Source of the DNA: Lama glama
Lineage: Eukaryota
NCBI GenBank assembly: GCA_028534125.1
Contig: CM052851.1
Span: forward strand, 6,510,001-6,574,000
DNA length: 64,000 nt
Direction of reading: 5' to 3'
Shown: positions 59,801 through 64,000 of the stretch, in pieces
Layout: each line of letters starts with the position of its first letter
Numbering within the stretch: position 1 is the stretch's first letter
The notes under the pieces: model-generated
What the model was told of the DNA's origin: nothing
The model's database searches: none
What the model saw: only the letters and a program-made list of their open reading frames with translations
Program-made: the position numbers and the translations under genes

Positions 59801-62800
59801 CTGATGCTCCAGCTGAGGCCCAGAGAGAGTCACCTTCCTAAGATCTCCAGCAGCTCAGCCACACCATTGAAGTGCTCGAATTCATAGATGAACCTTTGAG
59901 AGGAAAAGAAGGATACAGAAGAGCTGAAGGCAATTGGAGCAGGCTCAGGCCCCTCTCAGCCATCCTGCCTACCCAGCCGCACCCTGCAGACCAATCCAAC
60001 TCTCTCCCAACCCAGAGGCTGTGCTTCCAATACCCCAAACCAGGCCCCACTGAGATCCACATCCACCTCTGTTACATCCAGTGCCACTCTGGGTCCCAGC
60101 TGAAACCTCTCTTCAGTGAAGCATTCCAACTCATCTCTTCCTACCCCAGACCCTAGCCCTCATTACCTGGTCCCCATCCAGTCAGCAGGCACTTTGCCTG
60201 AGTCCTTCACTGTTCATGCCAATCAACCAAAAGAATAACAGACACTTACAGTATCTATTCTGTGCTATGTACTTCTCAAAATTATCCCAGGAGGTAGAGC
60301 TTATTAGATCCCTTATACAAATGAAGAAATCAAGGCTCAGCAGTTCAATGAAACTTGCCCCAAAATTAATAAGCAGAGAATCTAATAGACTCTGAGTTCC
60401 TGGAGGACAGGGATCACATCCCACCTATTATGTAGCTAATAACAATAGAGCTAATGTTACAGATTCCCGGCCTTGGTCCAGGAGCCATACTGAGTGCTTC
60501 AGAGGCATTGTCTCATTTCATCTTGATGAGTGTCCCTGGGCTAGTGTAGCTATCATTCCCACTTTAGAGATGAGGAAACTAGGAAAGAGCTTAAATAATT
60601 TGCCCAAGTCCACCCAAATACTTGAACCAGAACCAAACTCAAACACAGGCCATCTAGCTCAAGTGCCAGTCCCAACTATAAGGCCATGTGGGTCTCTGAT
60701 GTCATTTGGGCATTGGTGCTCAATACACATTTGCAAGGAATCTCTTTCTTTGGGTCCTTGTAGCCTGGCACAATGAGGGTCAAAAGATTTAGATCCTAGG
60801 CCCCCTGAACAGATCTGGTCCCTACTAGCCACTTCATCTTTGGTCTCTATTTCCTCATCTATAAAATGGAAATAAATACCCTTTCTCTGCTGATCTCACA
60901 GGATTTCTATAAGCAATATTATGTAATACATTGCCCAGGAAAACTTCGGTAAACCAGTGTTCCACAGGTCCCCCCAGCCCAGGAGCCTTTTCCTCCATCT
61001 TCCCACAGCTCTCTCCCTCCCTCCCCAGGTCTCAGATGGGCAGGCCACAGGCACCCACCGGAGGAAGATGTGGCTGCACTGTTTGCGGATGTAGGCCCGG
61101 AGCCCCAGGAACTTGCCATAGACCCGGTGCAAGATGGTCTTGAGGTACTCACGCTCTCGGGGGTCCTCGCTATCAAATAGCTCCAGGAGCTGTGGGACCC
61201 GGGATCAGGGGTTAGGAAAGAGGCCAAGTCAGGTTGCTTCCATCATATCCCCACACCCCTCAGAGAGCCTACCCCTGCCCCCTGGTACCACCCNNNNNNN
61301 NNNNNNNNNNNNNNNNNNNNNNNNNNNNNNNNNNNNNNNNNNNNNNNNNNNNNNNNNNNNNNNNNNNNNNNNNNNNNNNNNNNNNNNNNNNNNNNNNNNN
61401 NNNNNNNNNNNNNNNNNNNNNNNNNNNNNNNNNGAGTTAAGAACAGCCTTCCCTACTCACCCTGCCCTATGGCCCTCATCCAACAGTCCAGGATCTAAGA
61501 AGACCCGCTCCCAGCTCCTCGGATCTCTTCTGAAACTCAGATCCCTATCTTCCCCAGCCCTTATACCTGAAGATGTGGCCATGAAGGCTCAAGATTGGGC
61601 TCATCCTCTTCAGGGTCAAATTCAGGGTTCTCACTGGGTGGCAGGGTCCGGAAGATATTCACTGAGATCTGAGGGGGCAGAGTCAGGGTTCTTTAAGGAA
61701 GAGCCCTCGAAGGCAGAAGCCAGGGCATCCATCATGCAAAGTTTAATGGGCCTCAGCACCTGCCCCAGCAAGCAGTTCACTCCTTGGCAATCATTACCTG
61801 AACACCTAGTTCGTGGAAGACCTGGGCCAGGGGATAGGGACCCAGGGGTGGATGAGATACACCCTGCCCTCTATCAGGTACAGTCCAGAGGGAAGACAAG
61901 ATAGAAAGTGGTAAGATCTACGGACATTCTAAACAGCAAAAAGGAGATTTCTAGCTTGGGGACTGAGAGAGGCTTCACGGAAGAGGCAGCACCTGAGCCA
62001 GGCCATGGCGATAGGGATGTGTGTGTGGTGGGGGTATATGCCAGGCCTCAGGAGGGCATAAGCCAAAGTGCAGGGTGGGACAGGCCCAAGAGGCACTGAG
62101 TGACCTACACTGGCTGGATGCTGGGCAGCAGTGGGGCTGGGGTGGGCGAGGAAGATGCAGGCCTTGAGCCCAGCCCAAGAATAAAGGTTTATTCTCTGCC
62201 CAGGGGCCCCAAAGGCAGGTGGAGGATTCCCATGCCCACCAAGACCTCCCCTAGAGGCTAAATGCCAGTGCTCACCATGCGAATGATGTCTGGGTAGACA
62301 GGCTCAATGAGAACCCCCCGAGTGCTCCCCACACACTCCACCAGTTCATTGAGTGCCGCCCGCTTCACCTCCTTCCCCTTCAGGTCAGCCACACAGTCCA
62401 AGAAGTCAAACATCACCCCACACTGGGCCAGCTTCCGGCTCAGCAGCTCATGCAGCTCAGAGGCTGGAACATCTGGAGAGGAAGGAGGGGCTGAGCCTTG
62501 GGCCCCAGCTGCCAGAGCTCCGGGTAGGGGCGGGCCCTCCTAATCCCTAGGGCAGCCTCCTCTGCCCCAGACCCCATCTTTTGTGCCATCTTCCACTACT
62601 TGCAGAGAGGAAATAACTTCTGGCCCTCCTCCATTCTTGCACAGTACAATAACTTCATCTCTTCATCCTAACTCAGGCTCAGAGCTTGATAGCCTGATTT
62701 TAAAGCAAGGTAACAGACCCCAGATGCCTGGGCTTTCCATAGGTGCCCCAAACAGCCACTGCTTCCTTCTCATAGGTGGCACTCTATTCCAAGAGCCAGA

Positions 62801-63444
62801 AGTGGGGAGAAGAGCGAAGACCAAGGATCTCTAGGGTGCCCTCCGCCTCAGCCAGTTAGGTCCCAGAGGTGGGGGGGATTACACAGTGATTGTAGGGAGC
62901 CATGTTAAGCACCTGCTCCAGGACCCTGGCAGCAGCTGAGCTGCTAGTGGCCTCCTGGAACCCAGGCTGTAGGCCCCACCCTTGGCCCTGGTCTGCCCCC
63001 CAGGGTGGCGCCACCTCCAGATGCCCCACCTCCAAGGATGACAGGCCAGTCAGGCCATGCGTCAGCAGAGAGGGCTAGAGGGCTGGGGGGTGGGGGTCAG
63101 CTCAGATAGTGGAGTCCCTGGCCTGGAAGGGGCCATCCAAACTCCCTCTGATCACAGCTACCAGCTGCTTCTCACTACCCCACCCCCAAGCCTCACTTGC
63201 CCACTCCAGGACTCAGGTACCCTCCCAGTCAGCAGCTGGGCTCACCTTTGAGCAGGGGCAGTGGAGTGAGTTCTTGCTGGTTGCTCTGATAGCGGAACTG
63301 AGAGGAGCTATGGGACCGCCGGGGCCGGGCCCTGCGGAGGGAACGGCGGGAGAAACCGTCCACCTTGTCTGGTGGAGGCACAGGGGACAGCCCCGGTGAA
63401 GAGGGGCTGGTGGGGGTGCTTGCAGGGGGCAGCTTCGTCTCCAT
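56741..63444 (-). CDS. PPP2R5B: PP2A regulatory subunit B'beta (B56 beta); visible exons 63246-63444, 62276-62472, 61567-61668, [one in N-run 61294-61433], 61059-61189, 59834-59893, 59625-59733, 59061-59114, 58937-58987, 58695-58814, [one in N-run 57667-57822], 57305-57406, 56741-56888
   Basis: [35 protein letters not shown]...[27 protein letters not shown]...[14 protein letters not shown] is almost identical to recalled human PPP2R5B; phases are consistent across the visible exons. Confidence 0.97.
57305..57406 (-). CDS. PPP2R5B: PPP2R5B coding exon 12
   Basis: [33 protein letters not shown](Q). Confidence 0.94.
58695..58814 (-). CDS. PPP2R5B: PPP2R5B coding exon 10
   Basis: [40 protein letters not shown]. 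Confidence 0.94.
58937..58987 (-). CDS. PPP2R5B: PPP2R5B coding exon 9
   Basis: [17 protein letters not shown]. Confidence 0.94.
59061..59114 (-). CDS. PPP2R5B: PPP2R5B coding exon 8
   Basis: [18 protein letters not shown]. Confidence 0.94.
59625..59733 (-). CDS. PPP2R5B: PPP2R5B coding exon 7
   Basis: [36 protein letters not shown]. Confidence 0.94.
59834..59893 (-). CDS. PPP2R5B: PPP2R5B coding exon 6
   Basis: [19 protein letters not shown](S). Confidence 0.94.
61059..61189 (-). CDS. PPP2R5B: PPP2R5B coding exon 5
   Basis: [43 protein letters not shown](R). Confidence 0.95.
61567..61668 (-). CDS. PPP2R5B: PPP2R5B coding exon 3
   Basis: [34 protein letters not shown]. Confidence 0.95.
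62276..62472 (-). CDS. PPP2R5B: PPP2R5B coding exon 2
   Basis: (D)[17 protein letters not shown]...VYPDIIRM; AG/GT boundaries. Confidence 0.95.
63246..63444 (-). CDS. PPP2R5B: PPP2R5B first coding exon (exon extends upstream to acceptor at about 63712)
   Basis: gccATGG; METK...LPLLK; G|gtgagc. Confidence 0.95.
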
Positions 63445-64000
63445 GGCAGCCAGGCAGCAGGTCAAGCCTTCAGAGCCCCTGCGGTTCCCGATGGGCCTGG
63501 AGGATGCTGAGTGAGGCTGGGCTGACTAACTTGGGCCCATCCTGTGCAGTTGCGGGGGGGACAACCACAGTCCTGGGAACCCCCCCCAGGGCTTTCGGCA
63601 ACAGCCCAGTCCTGGGGGGCAAGCACGGTAGAGAGGATGATGGCTCAGATCTCAGGTCCTTCCTAGGCGTCCGAAGATTCCCTCCCTGGCTCTTTGGAAA
63701 AAGAAGTCAGAGCTGAGAGGTCAGCAAGAAAGAGACAGACAGACCCTGTCAGTTCTTTCAGGACAGCGTGTGGGTCTGCCGCTGAGTGCCCAAGTCTTCT
63801 TTCCCTCATCCCCTCGCCCAGACTCTAAATAGAGGTGCAACCCCCTCCCATACGAGACATGTTCCTCCCTTCTCCCAAACTGAAAGGCCCCAGGCTCCAA
63901 AACAGCCCCTCTCGAAATAGGGCCTCTCCCCCAAGCCAGGCCCTACCTAGAACGGGGACCTCGTTTTTCACCCCTATCTCCTAAAAGAATGGGGCCCCGG

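Noticed and set aside
61434-61444. TTCTTAAC U12-like branch motif (minus strand) in a PPP2R5B intron
   Set aside because: The donor of that intron is GTATAA, not GTATCCT, so it is most likely a U2 intron. The acceptor is hidden in Ns.
61134-61904. 256-aa plus-strand ORF antisense to PPP2R5B
   Set aside because: It spans an N-run and the antisense of coding exons, with no independent support.

Overview
This is mammalian, intron-rich genomic DNA, most likely camelid, because it carries at least 8 copies of a tRNA-derived SINE resembling the camelid Vic-1 family. It is syntenic with human 11q13.1 in reverse orientation. Four spliced genes were rebuilt by hand from splice signals and recalled orthologue sequences: BATF2 (+, 3 exons, 275 aa), MAJIN (+, CpG-island promoter at about 26.1-27.0 kb, 10 coding exons, 257 aa), GPHA2 (+, 129 aa) and PPP2R5B (-, 11 visible coding exons, 2 more hidden in N-runs, first non-coding exon outside the window). 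The rest is L1, L2, MIR, MaLR, hAT and SINE sequence plus several N-runs. Most notable observations: (1) an ungapped 171-bp, about 87%-identical inverted repeat brackets a 64-nt frame-shifting MAJIN exon, a candidate RNA-duplex switch between membrane-anchored and anchor-less or NMD isoforms; (2) a clear U12 minor-spliceosome intron in MAJIN and a probable one in PPP2R5B; (3) a tailless 5'-half tRNA-Gly(TCC) retrocopy inside a SINE with an 18-bp target-site duplication (TSD); (4) face-to-face poly(A) signals of GPHA2 and PPP2R5B; (5) candidate unannotated MAJIN exons. No database searches were run, and all homology statements are from memory.
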